From Alphaproteobacteria bacterium (GTDB lineage Bacteria > Pseudomonadota > Alphaproteobacteria > GCA-2731375), in contig CBDCGJ010000026.1 of assembly GCA_965216645.1 (NCBI GenBank), positions 91,540-155,539 of the forward strand: a stretch of DNA of 64,000 nt, written 5' to 3'. Below, one piece after another: positions 26,998-36,056 of the stretch (within the stretch, counting starts at the first letter, position 1; the number at the start of each line of letters is the position of its first letter). Both the position numbers and the translations under genes were made by a program. Under the pieces are notes generated by a model. The model did no database searches. It was given only the letters and a program-made list of their open reading frames with translations, and was not told the origin of the DNA.

Positions 26998-29693
26998 TTC
27001 GTCGCGCGCTTGCCCACGGGCGTCAGTTCCTTAAACTCGAAATATAACCCAAGCGCCGTGACCGGGCTCATCTCATCCGCTTTGCCGTCGAGGTAAAGAC
27101 TTTCGAACGTATCGTCCATAAATGCCGCCATCACCTTGGATTTATCCCATTCGGCAAACTGAGTAACACCGTCGCGGAGAAGTAGAAGAGCATCCCGGTA
27201 CTGATTGTTTGCGACTTTCAATTTTGCCAGGCGTAGAACCAGATCCAGTTCAAACTCGTCTCCGCGCCAAGCGTAGTATAGTTTTTCCAAACTCTCGATC
27301 GCCTTGACCTCGTCGATCTGTCCGAGCGCTAGCTGGACATCGACTTTGTCCAATTGAGCGCGTGCGCGGATCGGCCGATACTGATAATCGATGGCCTGGT
27401 CGTAGAGGCCGAGGGCCGTTTCCCAACGCTCGCCCCGCGCCGCCTGCTGCCCGCGTAACCAAGCGAGAGTCGCTTCTGCCCGGCGATCCTTCTCGTCGGA
27501 ATCGAGAAGCTCGGACGCGATAATGAAGTTTCCTTCGTCCGACGTCTCCGAGGCGGCGAGCATCCAATCTTCGAGCAATCGTTGTCGAACTGGCGGAGGA
27601 ATATCCGGTAATTGATTGATGCCGCCGGGAAATTCCGCAACTGCCTTGTCATGCTCTCGGGCCCGGGTGTGATAGGCACCGCGCCAAAGCTTCATGTCAG
27701 GATAATTGTCTAGATCGGGATGAAACAGATCTTCCTGCGCCGCCGCAAGGTCGTTGCTCAAAAATTTAGCGACGCCACGGGCCGCTCGATAGACATGATT
27801 ACGTTCGAACCGGGGATCGTCGCTGTCAATAATGCGCATAAGACCCACCGCCTCCTGCGCCATTCCGTGAGACAAGTAAAACTTCGAAAGCTCAAATCTT
27901 GCTCTGTTTTTCGCTGCATCCGAAGCCCGCGCGAGATCGGCGAACAGCTTGGTTTTCGCCTCGATAAACCCGTCGCGATCAACGCCGCCCCAACCCAAAA
28001 TATCGAGTATCGGGCTACCCGAGCTGCTGGCAGCACTATCGTCGCTATCCCCCCGGCGGCCGATTGTCATAATCGGGGTCGACAACTTCAATCCGCCCGG
28101 CGCCGTCACACGTATTCGATCTCTTTCCACCTGCAAGGCAACCTCATCCTTGACGGGTCTTATGGCGATACCTTGCACGGTTGGAATAAGTTCGAACTCG
28201 ACAAACCTTTGCGGTGTACCAACGCCGGTTTTCGACAACAGCGTGGGAACCACTTGAATTTCATGTCCCGCCTCGGGTTCCACGAACGAGATACGGGAAC
28301 CATTGTCGACCGACGGCAGATAAACATGCGCGCCATCGTCGGAATTCGGTCTTGCAATAACGGCGATCTCGCGTTCGAACGGTAACGCTTTGTCGGAGAA
28401 TTCGAGGATCCACGTCGCCTGATCCCTCCGCATGGCGGCGAAGCGTTTTGGTTTGCTATCGATTTGCAAAATAGTCGCCGACGGGTGGTCGATCTGCGAT
28501 ATTTGCCCGACGGTATTTGTGTCTCCATCCGCTTGGTCGCGCTCGGCATCTAGGGCGCGGTCGAAAAACAGCCACAACTTGTCGTCGCGCGCCAACGCGG
28601 CGGCGGCCACCGGATCGCGGAAAGGAAATAATATGCGGGCTGAATTACCGCTTGATTCGACCAGCACGCGTAGCTTGGCTTCGTCTTCGTGGGGGCGCAA
28701 CGCGGCATCTTCGACCTTCGGCGGTGCCTGCGCCGCCTCTTCCTCTTTATCCTTGGTATCGGTTACCTCCGAATTGGAAGTCGTTCCATCGCTCGCCGGA
28801 GGCGGCGTCGGTTCAGACGGCTTCGAATCTTCGTTTCCACGCGCTTGATCATCGTTTTTCGGAGACGAGACGTTCTTCTCCTCGTTTGACGACACCTCCG
28901 CCTGCTGCTGCTTGGGTGATTCTTCGGTTGTCCTAGCTTCCGGTTCTGTAGGCTTAGGCGGCGACAATGCAATCGGCTTTTCTGGTTCCGGATCCGGCGG
29001 CGTATACCCTGGTTTTGGCTTCAGAATGTCGACGACAACCTTGCTGTCGACGAGCAAGTGCTCAACGGGCGACTGTGGATTTTTACTGACCCGCACTCGA
29101 CTTCCACGCGGGCTTTCAACGGCTTTTATGGTGTCAAGATTATCTAAATATGCAGGGCGAACCCGGCTCAGGTCGAAACGTGCTTCTGAATCGAATTCTA
29201 TAATAAGATTCAAACCTGTATCGATGACTTTGTAACCAACACTATTAGGCCAATCGAAAACCAACCTGGTCTTGTCGGCATGCTTTCCGGCCCGGACACG
29301 GATACGTTCCGCCGCGGTTGCACTATTTGCGTTAACAGACAGCAGTTCGACGATTACAAGATTTTCATCCCGTCTGTGTTTTATCCGCACCTTTTTTTTC
29401 AGCTCAACACGCAAAGTGCGGTGGTTCAGTTTACGCACCGCCGAAACAAGCGACGGAAGACGGCGGCGTATGACGGATATGTCGGTGGAGATTTCGCGCT
29501 GAAACAGAATATCGAGCCCGTTTGGACGTTGGCTAACGACGAACTCGACGGGTTGCGGCCACGCAAAGGTCAGCGTAGCGGTGTCGTCTTTCTGCAGGAC
29601 GCTTGTTTCAACCGCGTCGGCAAAGACGTTCGATGCGCAAGCCAACCAAACAAACGTCAGAAAGGAAAGCAGAACCTTACGGCGCAATATCAA
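26994..29693 (-). CDS. Large secreted flagellar-cluster protein: repeated beta modules (AMIN-like by eye), a Pro/Glu/Ser-rich linker, and C-terminal TPR-like repeats
   Basis: 899 aa with signal peptide MILRRKVLLSFLTFVWLACASNVFA. A low-complexity linker is encoded around 28700-29000. The C-terminal third is rich in helical repeats. Confidence 0.7.
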   Translation of the reverse strand: MILRRKVLLSFLTFVWLACASNVFADAVETSVLQKDDTATLTFAWPQPVEFVVSQRPNGLDILFQREISTDISVIRRRLPSLVSAVRKLNHRTLRVELKKKVRIKHRRDENLVIVELLSVNANSATAAERIRVRAGKHADKTRLVFDWPNSVGYKVIDTGLNLIIEFDSEARFDLSRVRPAYLDNLDTIKAVESPRGSRVRVSKNPQSPVEHLLVDSKVVVDILKPKPGYTPPDPEPEKPIALSPPKPTEPEARTTEESPKQQQAEVSSNEEKNVSSPKNDDQARGNEDSKPSEPTPPPASDGTTSNSEVTDTKDKEEEAAQAPPKVEDAALRPHEDEAKLRVLVESSGNSARILFPFRDPVAAAALARDDKLWLFFDRALDAERDQADGDTNTVGQISQIDHPSATILQIDSKPKRFAAMRRDQATWILEFSDKALPFEREIAVIARPNSDDGAHVYLPSVDNGSRISFVEPEAGHEIQVVPTLLSKTGVGTPQRFVEFELIPTVQGIAIRPVKDEVALQVERDRIRVTAPGGLKLSTPIMTIGRRGDSDDSAASSSGSPILDILGWGGVDRDGFIEAKTKLFADLARASDAAKNRARFELSKFYLSHGMAQEAVGLMRIIDSDDPRFERNHVYRAARGVAKFLSNDLAAAQEDLFHPDLDNYPDMKLWRGAYHTRAREHDKAVAEFPGGINQLPDIPPPVRQRLLEDWMLAASETSDEGNFIIASELLDSDEKDRRAEATLAWLRGQQAARGERWETALGLYDQAIDYQYRPIRARAQLDKVDVQLALGQIDEVKAIESLEKLYYAWRGDEFELDLVLRLAKLKVANNQYRDALLLLRDGVTQFAEWDKSKVMAAFMDDTFESLYLDGKADEMSPVTALGLYFEFKELTPVGKRATK

Positions 29694-30433
29694 TTCTCTT
29701 CCGTCACTGTTTCGCGCACGATGATATCGACTCGACGAGCCAGACGCATGCGATCCCGATACTCCAATTTGTCGGATAGATCATAATACTGGCTGTCCGC
29801 GCGACCAATGATTTTAACCCGCTCGACGTATCCGGCATCCGCCAAAGTCGTCGCCACCGCCCCGGCTCGGGCCAAAGACAACTCCCAATTCGACTTGAAA
29901 CGCCGTTGCACGGTGATCGGATCCGGGTCCGTATATCCAACAATGTCGACTTGATTGGCGACAAGCGCAAGCACTGAGGCCAGTTCCGCAACAGCGGTTT
30001 CCGCTTCGGGTTTGATCGTCGCGGATCCGGAAGCGAACAAAAGCTCTCCGGGTAGTGAAATCACTAAACGGTCGTCGAGCTGTTGAACGATGCTTTGGGC
30101 CAGAACCCCATCACCGCGTATTTTTTCGTCAAACACCGCATGCAAGTACCCAAGATCGCTGGCGTACCGAATATCCACCCGACCGATGGTTCTTTTGGCG
30201 GGGTTACCGGGATCCGTCCATTCGCTGGATGGATTAAGGTTTTTGGATAAGCCTTCGACCACCGACCGCCAAGCATCGAGTTCGATTTGCTTCATGGAAA
30301 ATAAAAGGACGAAGAACGCCAGCATCAAAGAAAGCAAATCGGTAAAGGTGATCATCCACGCTTGGCTATTGGAAGCGTCTCGCTGATGCCGGCCGTTAAT
30401 GTCCAGCAGACGATCAAAACCCGGATCGGTCAT
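29690..30433 (-). CDS. motB: MotB-type stator/OmpA-family peptidoglycan-binding protein
   Basis: Shows WMITFTDLLSLMLAFFVLLF (MotB TM helix with the conserved Asp) and an OmpA-like C-terminus (...GYTDPDPI....F.SNWELSLARA..V...L). Confidence 0.8.
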   Translation of the reverse strand: MTDPGFDRLLDINGRHQRDASNSQAWMITFTDLLSLMLAFFVLLFSMKQIELDAWRSVVEGLSKNLNPSSEWTDPGNPAKRTIGRVDIRYASDLGYLHAVFDEKIRGDGVLAQSIVQQLDDRLVISLPGELLFASGSATIKPEAETAVAELASVLALVANQVDIVGYTDPDPITVQRRFKSNWELSLARAGAVATTLADAGYVERVKIIGRADSQYYDLSDKLEYRDRMRLARRVDIIVRETVTEEN

Positions 30434-31176
30434 ATCCCGTCCTCCAGGCCTTCGAACGTTATGCTGGCATGGGCAAGTCGGCGGGCGTAGAAATTCAGGC
30501 GCGCCCGACCGGCGGCACCGTCACGCGTGCCCACGCTGATTGCCGATGAGGGAACCCCCAGCTCCCGCAATTTGCGCGCGAACGCACCCGCTCTCAACAC
30601 GTCCGTCGTCAATGGGCCGTTCCGACTTGATCCGCCCGCGCTCTCCGTCGGCATAAGAAACTCGGCCTCGTAACGGAGATTCGCGACTTTCAGGACCAAA
30701 CTATCGGCAACCCCGGCAAGGAGTTGATCCGATCGTGGATGAATTACGGAACTTTCGCGCGAGAAGAGGAAATCAAGCGGAATTTCGATCCGTAAAACAT
30801 TACCGTCTTCACTCACTTGAACACGCGCCACAGGTAGCCGTTCCGCGAACAGCTCTTGCAGGCCGGTGAAGAATTGTCGGCGGATCAATGCGTCGCCGCT
30901 GCGGTCCTTATCGTCTTTGTTTTGTGCGGTTATTTCGCTATTGGTTCGGAATTTATCGTTGACGCTACCCAACGCTTGGCGGATCCGCGATTCTTCGAAT
31001 GTTGTGATGCTATTGAGCAGTATGAAAATCGCCAACAAAAGCATGTATAGCGACAGGAACAGGGAAATAGCGCCGTTCGAACCGGATTTATCCCTCGCGC
31101 CCATATCCGTGAGCGGCAAGTCCGCCAATTTGTCGGCTTGGTTTAACCTACCGGCACTGTCATCGCTTTCAGACAC
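30430..31176 (-). CDS. MotB-like single-TM protein lacking the channel Asp
   Basis: 248 aa with TM helix ISLFLSLYMLLLAIFILLNSI. The C-terminal part resembles an OmpA-like fold only weakly. It has a 4-nt overlap with the downstream motB-type gene. Confidence 0.55.
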   Translation of the reverse strand: MSESDDSAGRLNQADKLADLPLTDMGARDKSGSNGAISLFLSLYMLLLAIFILLNSITTFEESRIRQALGSVNDKFRTNSEITAQNKDDKDRSGDALIRRQFFTGLQELFAERLPVARVQVSEDGNVLRIEIPLDFLFSRESSVIHPRSDQLLAGVADSLVLKVANLRYEAEFLMPTESAGGSSRNGPLTTDVLRAGAFARKLRELGVPSSAISVGTRDGAAGRARLNFYARRLAHASITFEGLEDGI

Positions 31177-31260
31177 CGCATCCCGCTACTGAAGTTTCTG
31201 GCGATTCGATACATCTTACACCGCCTGGTCACCATCGCACCGGCAAATTTCGGTTTGATA

Positions 31261-31968
31261 TCAACCGCCCGTCTTCGGCAGTTCCTTTTGTTTGGCCAAC
31301 CGAACCGTAACTTCGCGTGCTCTCTTAGAATCCATGCTTGCCAAGACGGCGGCCATTTTCTTTTCCTTCATCCGCTGCGCTACGTCGATCAAGACGGACA
31401 TCTCCAAGTTTTCGAAGATCCGGGCAGCCGCTTTCGGCTTCATGCTCTCGTACACCTTGACCAGGCTTTTGATCCGAGATTCAGCCTCTTCGTCGTGCTG
31501 ATCGATCATGCCCTGAACGCGGGTTTCCAAATCCTTCAGCTTTTTGATTTTGCCGTCGATGCGTTTCTCGGTCGCGCTAAGGATCGCTTCCCGCATCTGT
31601 AGCTCGCGCGAGCGCGCGTCGATCTTGTCACGTCGTTTGGCCAGATTTTGCAGCAGCTCGATTTCCGCCGGCGACAGATTGTTTACATTGATCGGACGTG
31701 CCGGCGTCGTTTGTTCAAGCGAAGCTGTCTGAACCGCCTTGTCCGTTCCCTTGGCAGACGCTTCATTTGCGGGATCGGTTTTGGGGATCTGGGTGATGTT
31801 GTCCTGCTTGGCCTGACCGCGCGTGGATTGAGGCTTGTCCTCCTGTTTGGCATGGGCGGAAGTAAACCCGATCCGCCCGGCATTGTTCCAAACGTCATCG
31901 ACCTTCAAGCCAAATAGCAAGCTGGCGGCAATAATCAGGACGGGAATGATACGGATTTTTTCAAACAT
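31261..31968 (-). CDS. MotE-like flagellar motility protein (N-terminal TM or signal anchor, Lys/Glu-rich coiled coil, MgtE-N-like helical end)
   Basis: 235 aa. Shows ...LSPAEIELLQNLAKRRDKIDARSRELQMREAIL...KVYESMKPKAAARIFENLEMSVLIDVAQRMKEKKMAAVLA.MD, as I recall for MotE/FlbB-type proteins. Confidence 0.55.
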   Translation of the reverse strand: MFEKIRIIPVLIIAASLLFGLKVDDVWNNAGRIGFTSAHAKQEDKPQSTRGQAKQDNITQIPKTDPANEASAKGTDKAVQTASLEQTTPARPINVNNLSPAEIELLQNLAKRRDKIDARSRELQMREAILSATEKRIDGKIKKLKDLETRVQGMIDQHDEEAESRIKSLVKVYESMKPKAAARIFENLEMSVLIDVAQRMKEKKMAAVLASMDSKRAREVTVRLAKQKELPKTGG

Positions 31969-32088
31969 ACTCGCTGGTCCGAATTAGTCGATAATACTTT
32001 GGTTAACAGAACGTTTAACTTACGTGTCGACTACTTCCTCAGTAAAACACGGGCCAGTTAAAATCCACTTAATTAATAGGATTATTTA

Positions 32089-32508
32089 TTATTTACCACG
32101 TCGCAGCGCCTTCAGTAACTCCCGCTCGCTTTCGGAACGACCGGCGTCACTATCGTCAATGTCCGACTTTATCTTGTTTCCCTCTCGACGGCGGCCGACA
32201 AGACCTTTTTCCAACCGATTGGCCAGATCGTCGCCGCTTTCGATGATGACGTGAAGTTCGTCGCTCAGTGCGCGGGCCGCCTCGACGCGTTCTTGCAGTT
32301 GGCTACCGATTTCGCGGCTGGCCTGCCGGAAGTCCGCCACGCCTTTTTCGGCCGCTTTCATGGCGGAGGAGAAGTCATCCAACAGCTTGATCATCTCATT
32401 TTGAGAGTCGCGTAACGTCGACAGCCTGCGGTTCAAGACGAAGCAATAGATCACCGTAACAAGCAGCAGCAGCGCGACAAGTGTCTCGAGTACGATTTCG
32501 ACCGTCAT
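32089..32508 (-). CDS. Small membrane-anchored coiled-coil protein of the fliL-fliM operon (DUF6468-like, from memory)
   Basis: 139 aa with an N-terminal TM helix. It overlaps the fliM stop by 4 nt. Confidence 0.5.
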   Translation of the reverse strand: MTVEIVLETLVALLLLVTVIYCFVLNRRLSTLRDSQNEMIKLLDDFSSAMKAAEKGVADFRQASREIGSQLQERVEAARALSDELHVIIESGDDLANRLEKGLVGRRREGNKIKSDIDDSDAGRSESERELLKALRRGK

Positions 32509-33602
32509 CCGCCGCTATCCAGTTGCCGCAACCTGTCTTCAACCCGGATCGCGATTTGTTGGCCGACCCTGCCCATGCGGCCCGTCAGCAGAGATACCCC
32601 ACCGCATCTGATTTTTACCGGCGATTCAGGCGTACCGTTTAACATAAGGGTTTGTCCGACTTCCAACGCCATGACGTCACGAAGGCTCAACACCTGCTCT
32701 TCCAACACCGCCTCGATATCAATGCTGGTCGACCATAACTCCGTGGCCAAATGACTTTCCCAGATCGAATCCCGCCCAAACTTTTCGCCCATGAACATTT
32801 GCAGCAGCAATTCGCGGATGGGTTCAAGCGTCGCATAGGGGAGCAACAGCTCGAGACGGCCCCCGCGGTCCTCCATATCGACCCTCAAACGGACCAATAC
32901 GGCCGCATTTGCCGGTCGGGCGATTGTGGCGAACCTAGGGTTTGTCTCCAACCTGTCGAACAAAAACCTGACAGGGCTCAACGGTTCGAACGCGGCGGTC
33001 AAGTCGTCCAACACCACCAGCACCAAGCGCTCCACTAACGTCCGTTCGATCGTCGTATAGGGACGGCCCTCGATCCGCATGGCCGCAGTTCCTCGCCGGC
33101 CGCCCAACAACACGTCGACGATGGAATAGATCAGCGAAGAGTCGACGGTCATCAATCCATAATTGTCCCACTCGTCGGCCCGAAACACGGTCAGCATGGC
33201 TGGTAATGGAATCGAATTTAGGTAATCACCAAAGCGGATTGCAGTAATATTATCGAGAGAAACCTCAACATTATCCGACGTGAAATTGCGGAGGCTGGTG
33301 GACATCATGCGGACCAGCCGATCGAAAACGACATCCAGCATCGGCAGGCGTTCATAAGACACCAAGGCCGAGTTGATAATCGCCCGCACACCGGTGGTTT
33401 CGCCTTCGTCGTCACCGGCTTCGTCAAAGCCGAGCAGGCTGTCGATTTCATCTTGATCGAGCACGCGACCGCTACCGCTGGCCGCATCATAATCCTCCGC
33501 CTCGTCGCCATCGTCGTCGACCATTGCAGCCCATTCGGCCGCAACGTCGTCATCATTAACGTCGTCGGTTGATTCGTCTTGTTCTATGTCTTGTTCTGAC
33601 AT
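32505..33602 (-). CDS. fliM: Flagellar motor switch protein FliM
   Basis: 365 aa. Acidic N-terminus with a LDQDEIDSLLGF CheY-binding-like motif, and a conserved middle domain (...LTVFRADEWDNYGLMTVDSSLIYSIVDVLLGG...). Confidence 0.93.
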   Translation of the reverse strand: MSEQDIEQDESTDDVNDDDVAAEWAAMVDDDGDEAEDYDAASGSGRVLDQDEIDSLLGFDEAGDDEGETTGVRAIINSALVSYERLPMLDVVFDRLVRMMSTSLRNFTSDNVEVSLDNITAIRFGDYLNSIPLPAMLTVFRADEWDNYGLMTVDSSLIYSIVDVLLGGRRGTAAMRIEGRPYTTIERTLVERLVLVVLDDLTAAFEPLSPVRFLFDRLETNPRFATIARPANAAVLVRLRVDMEDRGGRLELLLPYATLEPIRELLLQMFMGEKFGRDSIWESHLATELWSTSIDIEAVLEEQVLSLRDVMALEVGQTLMLNGTPESPVKIRCGGVSLLTGRMGRVGQQIAIRVEDRLRQLDSGG

Positions 33603-33672
33603 GTCGGTTACTTAAACCACTGGCGTTAGGAGTATGCCGTTCAAGATTATATTCGCACAATAGGGTTACGAT

Positions 33673-34218
33673 TTACTGAACCAACATCTCCTTGAACAAT
33701 ACATCCTTAATCTTAACAGGCTGAGCCGTCGTGTTGAGCCGAAGCAGCAGTTCTTCCTTCAGCCTGAGTAAGCCAGCGGAACCTTGCAAATCCTCTACCC
33801 GCAGCTCTCTGAGATAAATTTGGAAACTATCGACTATCCGCGGCATGATGGCTTCGAGCTCGGGGATCGCTTCCGCGGACTCCAACTCAAGCGTCACATT
33901 CACTTTGATATAGTTTTTACGTTTCGAAGAGCCGCTGTTCAGATCAACGAGCATTTCGGGCATATCGAAGAAAACGAGCTGCTTTTCTTCTTCCGCCTTT
34001 GCCTCGGCGTCGTCCGTTTTCAATTCTTCCGGTTGTGGTCGTAGAAGGAAATAGTATGCAGCGGCTCCTCCACCACCTAACAATAAAAGCGGCAGCAGAA
34101 TAAAAAGTACCAGGAACTTGCCGCTAAATCGGCGTTTCTTTCCGCCTTCGACTTCCTCACCGTTATCGTCCGTACCTTCGACATCGGCATTCTCGGCGTC
34201 GGCATCACTCATACCCAT
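33673..34218 (-). CDS. fliL: Flagellar basal body-associated protein FliL
   Basis: 181 aa with a single TM helix. Shows ...VFFDMPEMLVDLNS...YIKVNVTLE...MPRIVDSFQIYLRELRVEDL. Confidence 0.9.
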   Translation of the reverse strand: MGMSDADAENADVEGTDDNGEEVEGGKKRRFSGKFLVLFILLPLLLLGGGGAAAYYFLLRPQPEELKTDDAEAKAEEEKQLVFFDMPEMLVDLNSGSSKRKNYIKVNVTLELESAEAIPELEAIMPRIVDSFQIYLRELRVEDLQGSAGLLRLKEELLLRLNTTAQPVKIKDVLFKEMLVQ

Positions 34219-34324
34219 TACCTCGCAAGCTACTCAAGCGCTCGGCCTCGAATCATCCCGCAGTGTAACGCTGGGGCGCGGTAAAATGATACCGGCGATT
34301 GGATTTTTCTTCGATCGGCCTTTG

Positions 34325-34339
34325 GCAATCGCCTTTCCA
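34325..34339 (-). promoter_or_regulatory. sigma54-type -24/-12 candidate upstream of fliL
   Basis: The minus strand reads TGGAAA-GGCGA-TTGC. GG and GC are at canonical spacing. It lies about 105 nt upstream of the fliL ATG. Confidence 0.35.
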
Positions 34340-34428
34340 GGGCACAAAATACCCGGCAAAGCTTACCAATGATGACGTTAGCGCCGCTCAACTAGCAGAT
34401 AACTATTTGAAAATAAACAAATAATAGT

Positions 34429-34444
34429 TGGCACAGGTCGTGCA
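34429..34444 (+). promoter_or_regulatory. sigma54-type -24/-12 promoter upstream of flgF
   Basis: TGGCAC-AGGTC-GTGCA lies 36 nt upstream of the flgF ATG at 34480. Confidence 0.5.
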
Positions 34445-34479
34445 TACATTGGGGTGACGATACGGAGGTGCGAACCCTA

Positions 34480-35211
34480 ATGATTGAAAATACTGCCTAT
34501 GTCGCCCTATCCCGCCAGACAGCGTTGGAACGGGAACTGGATGTCATCGCCAACAATTTGGCGAATGTCAGCACGACCGGTTTCAAACGCCAGAGTATGG
34601 TGTTCCGCGAATATCTCACAGATATTCAAAACGCGAAGACGCCATTGTCGTTCGTCATCGATAAATCGACAACCCGCGATTTCTCGCAAGGCGCCATTCG
34701 CGCCACCGGCAACCCGCTGGATCTGACGATCTCCGGCAAGGGATACCTGACCATCGAGACGGACGAAGGCACGTTTTACACGCGAAACGGCAATCTAAGG
34801 ATCAATGAGCGGGGTGAATTGACGACAATCGACGGGCACCTCGTGTTGTCCGAGGGCGGAACTCCGATTGTCCTCGATAGTGCCGATTTGTCGCCGAATA
34901 TTGCCGCCGATGGCACGGTCTCCGATCGCAACGGCGAAGTCTTGGGACGTATCGCCCTCGTAGATTTCGCCAATGAACAGTCGCTTGAGGCGAACGCAAA
35001 CGGTTTCTTCGCAAGCGACGAAGCGCCGCAGGAAGCTGAAGAGGCAACTATTCTGCAAGGTTATCTGGAAAGCTCCAACGTTCAGCCCGTTACCGAATTG
35101 ACCCGCATGATCGACTTGAGCCGCAACTACATGGCGATGCATTCGATGATGGAACGAGAATCCGAAATGCGCAGCCGGATCATCAACCGGCTGGGCCGCG
35201 TGCACGCTTAA
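34480..35211 (+). CDS. flgF: Flagellar basal-body rod protein FlgF
   Basis: MIENTAYVALSRQ..LDVIANNLANVSTTGFK. I prefer ATG 34480 (GGAGG 11 nt upstream) to the GTG at 34468, which would sit right on the predicted sigma54 start site. Confidence 0.92.
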   Translation: MIENTAYVALSRQTALERELDVIANNLANVSTTGFKRQSMVFREYLTDIQNAKTPLSFVIDKSTTRDFSQGAIRATGNPLDLTISGKGYLTIETDEGTFYTRNGNLRINERGELTTIDGHLVLSEGGTPIVLDSADLSPNIAADGTVSDRNGEVLGRIALVDFANEQSLEANANGFFASDEAPQEAEEATILQGYLESSNVQPVTELTRMIDLSRNYMAMHSMMERESEMRSRIINRLGRVHA

Positions 35212-35241
35212 AGTGCCTAGTAAGATTAGAAGGATAGTGTC

Positions 35242-36027
35242 ATGAGAAGTTTAAATATTGCCTCCACCGGAATGTTGGCTCAGCAACTCAATGTCGAAGT
35301 GATATCGAACAATATCGCCAATATGAACACCACGGCCTTCAAGCGGCAACGGGCGGAGTTTCAAGACCTGCTTTACGAAAACATTCGCCGGCCGGGGGCC
35401 CAGTCCTCGGACACGGGAACGATCGTTCCAAGCGGCGTGCAATTGGGTATTGGCGTACGCGCCGCCTCCGTCTATCGGATCGGCGAACAAGGCAACATGA
35501 CGTCGACGCAAAATCCGCTGGACGTCGCGATCCAAGGCGAGGGTTACCTCGTTGTCGACCTACCGAGCGGTGAGCAGGCCTATACCCGGGCCGGCGTTCT
35601 GCAGTTAAGCCCGGATGGCGAAGTCGTAACCCCCGACGGCTTTACCGTATCGCCGGGCATTACCATACCCGCCGACGCCGTCGATATCGTGATCAACGCC
35701 AACGGCGAAGTGCAGGTCAAATTGGATGGGCAGACCGAAACCGTCACGGTCGGTCAGCTCGATATGGCGATCTTCTTCAACAAAGCTGGACTGGAAGCCA
35801 TTGGGGATAATCTCTTCCTTGAAACGCCGGCTTCCGGTACCGCGAATATCAGTGTGCCCGGAGACTTGGGATATGGCCGCCTTCTGCAGGGTTTCCTCGA
35901 AACGTCTAACGTCAATCCTGTTGAGGAAATCACCAATCTGATCACGGCGCAACGCGCCTACGAGATGAACTCGAAAGTGATCACCACGTCGGACGAAATG
36001 CTTCGGACGATCACGACGCTGCGCTAA
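35242..36027 (+). CDS. flgG: Flagellar basal-body distal rod protein FlgG
   Basis: 261 aa. Shows MRSLNIASTGMLAQQLNVEVISNNIANMNTTAFK...LETSNVNPVEEITNLITAQRAYEMNSKVI. Confidence 0.96.
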   Translation: MRSLNIASTGMLAQQLNVEVISNNIANMNTTAFKRQRAEFQDLLYENIRRPGAQSSDTGTIVPSGVQLGIGVRAASVYRIGEQGNMTSTQNPLDVAIQGEGYLVVDLPSGEQAYTRAGVLQLSPDGEVVTPDGFTVSPGITIPADAVDIVINANGEVQVKLDGQTETVTVGQLDMAIFFNKAGLEAIGDNLFLETPASGTANISVPGDLGYGRLLQGFLETSNVNPVEEITNLITAQRAYEMNSKVITTSDEMLRTITTLR

Positions 36028-36056
36028 ACGCTAACCGGATGATAAGGAGCCTAACG

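Noticed and set aside
26990-27000. Possibility that the 899-aa and 230-aa ORFs are one gene split by a frameshift.
   Set aside because: The junction is a standard ATGA stop/start overlap, like three others in the same chain. I cannot show from sequence alone that homologues are fused. An alignment with orthologues would settle it.
32003-32018. TTAA-CAGAACGT-TTAA upstream of the MotE-like gene as a CtrA box.
   Set aside because: The spacer is 8 nt rather than the 7 nt required by TTAA-N7-TTAA.
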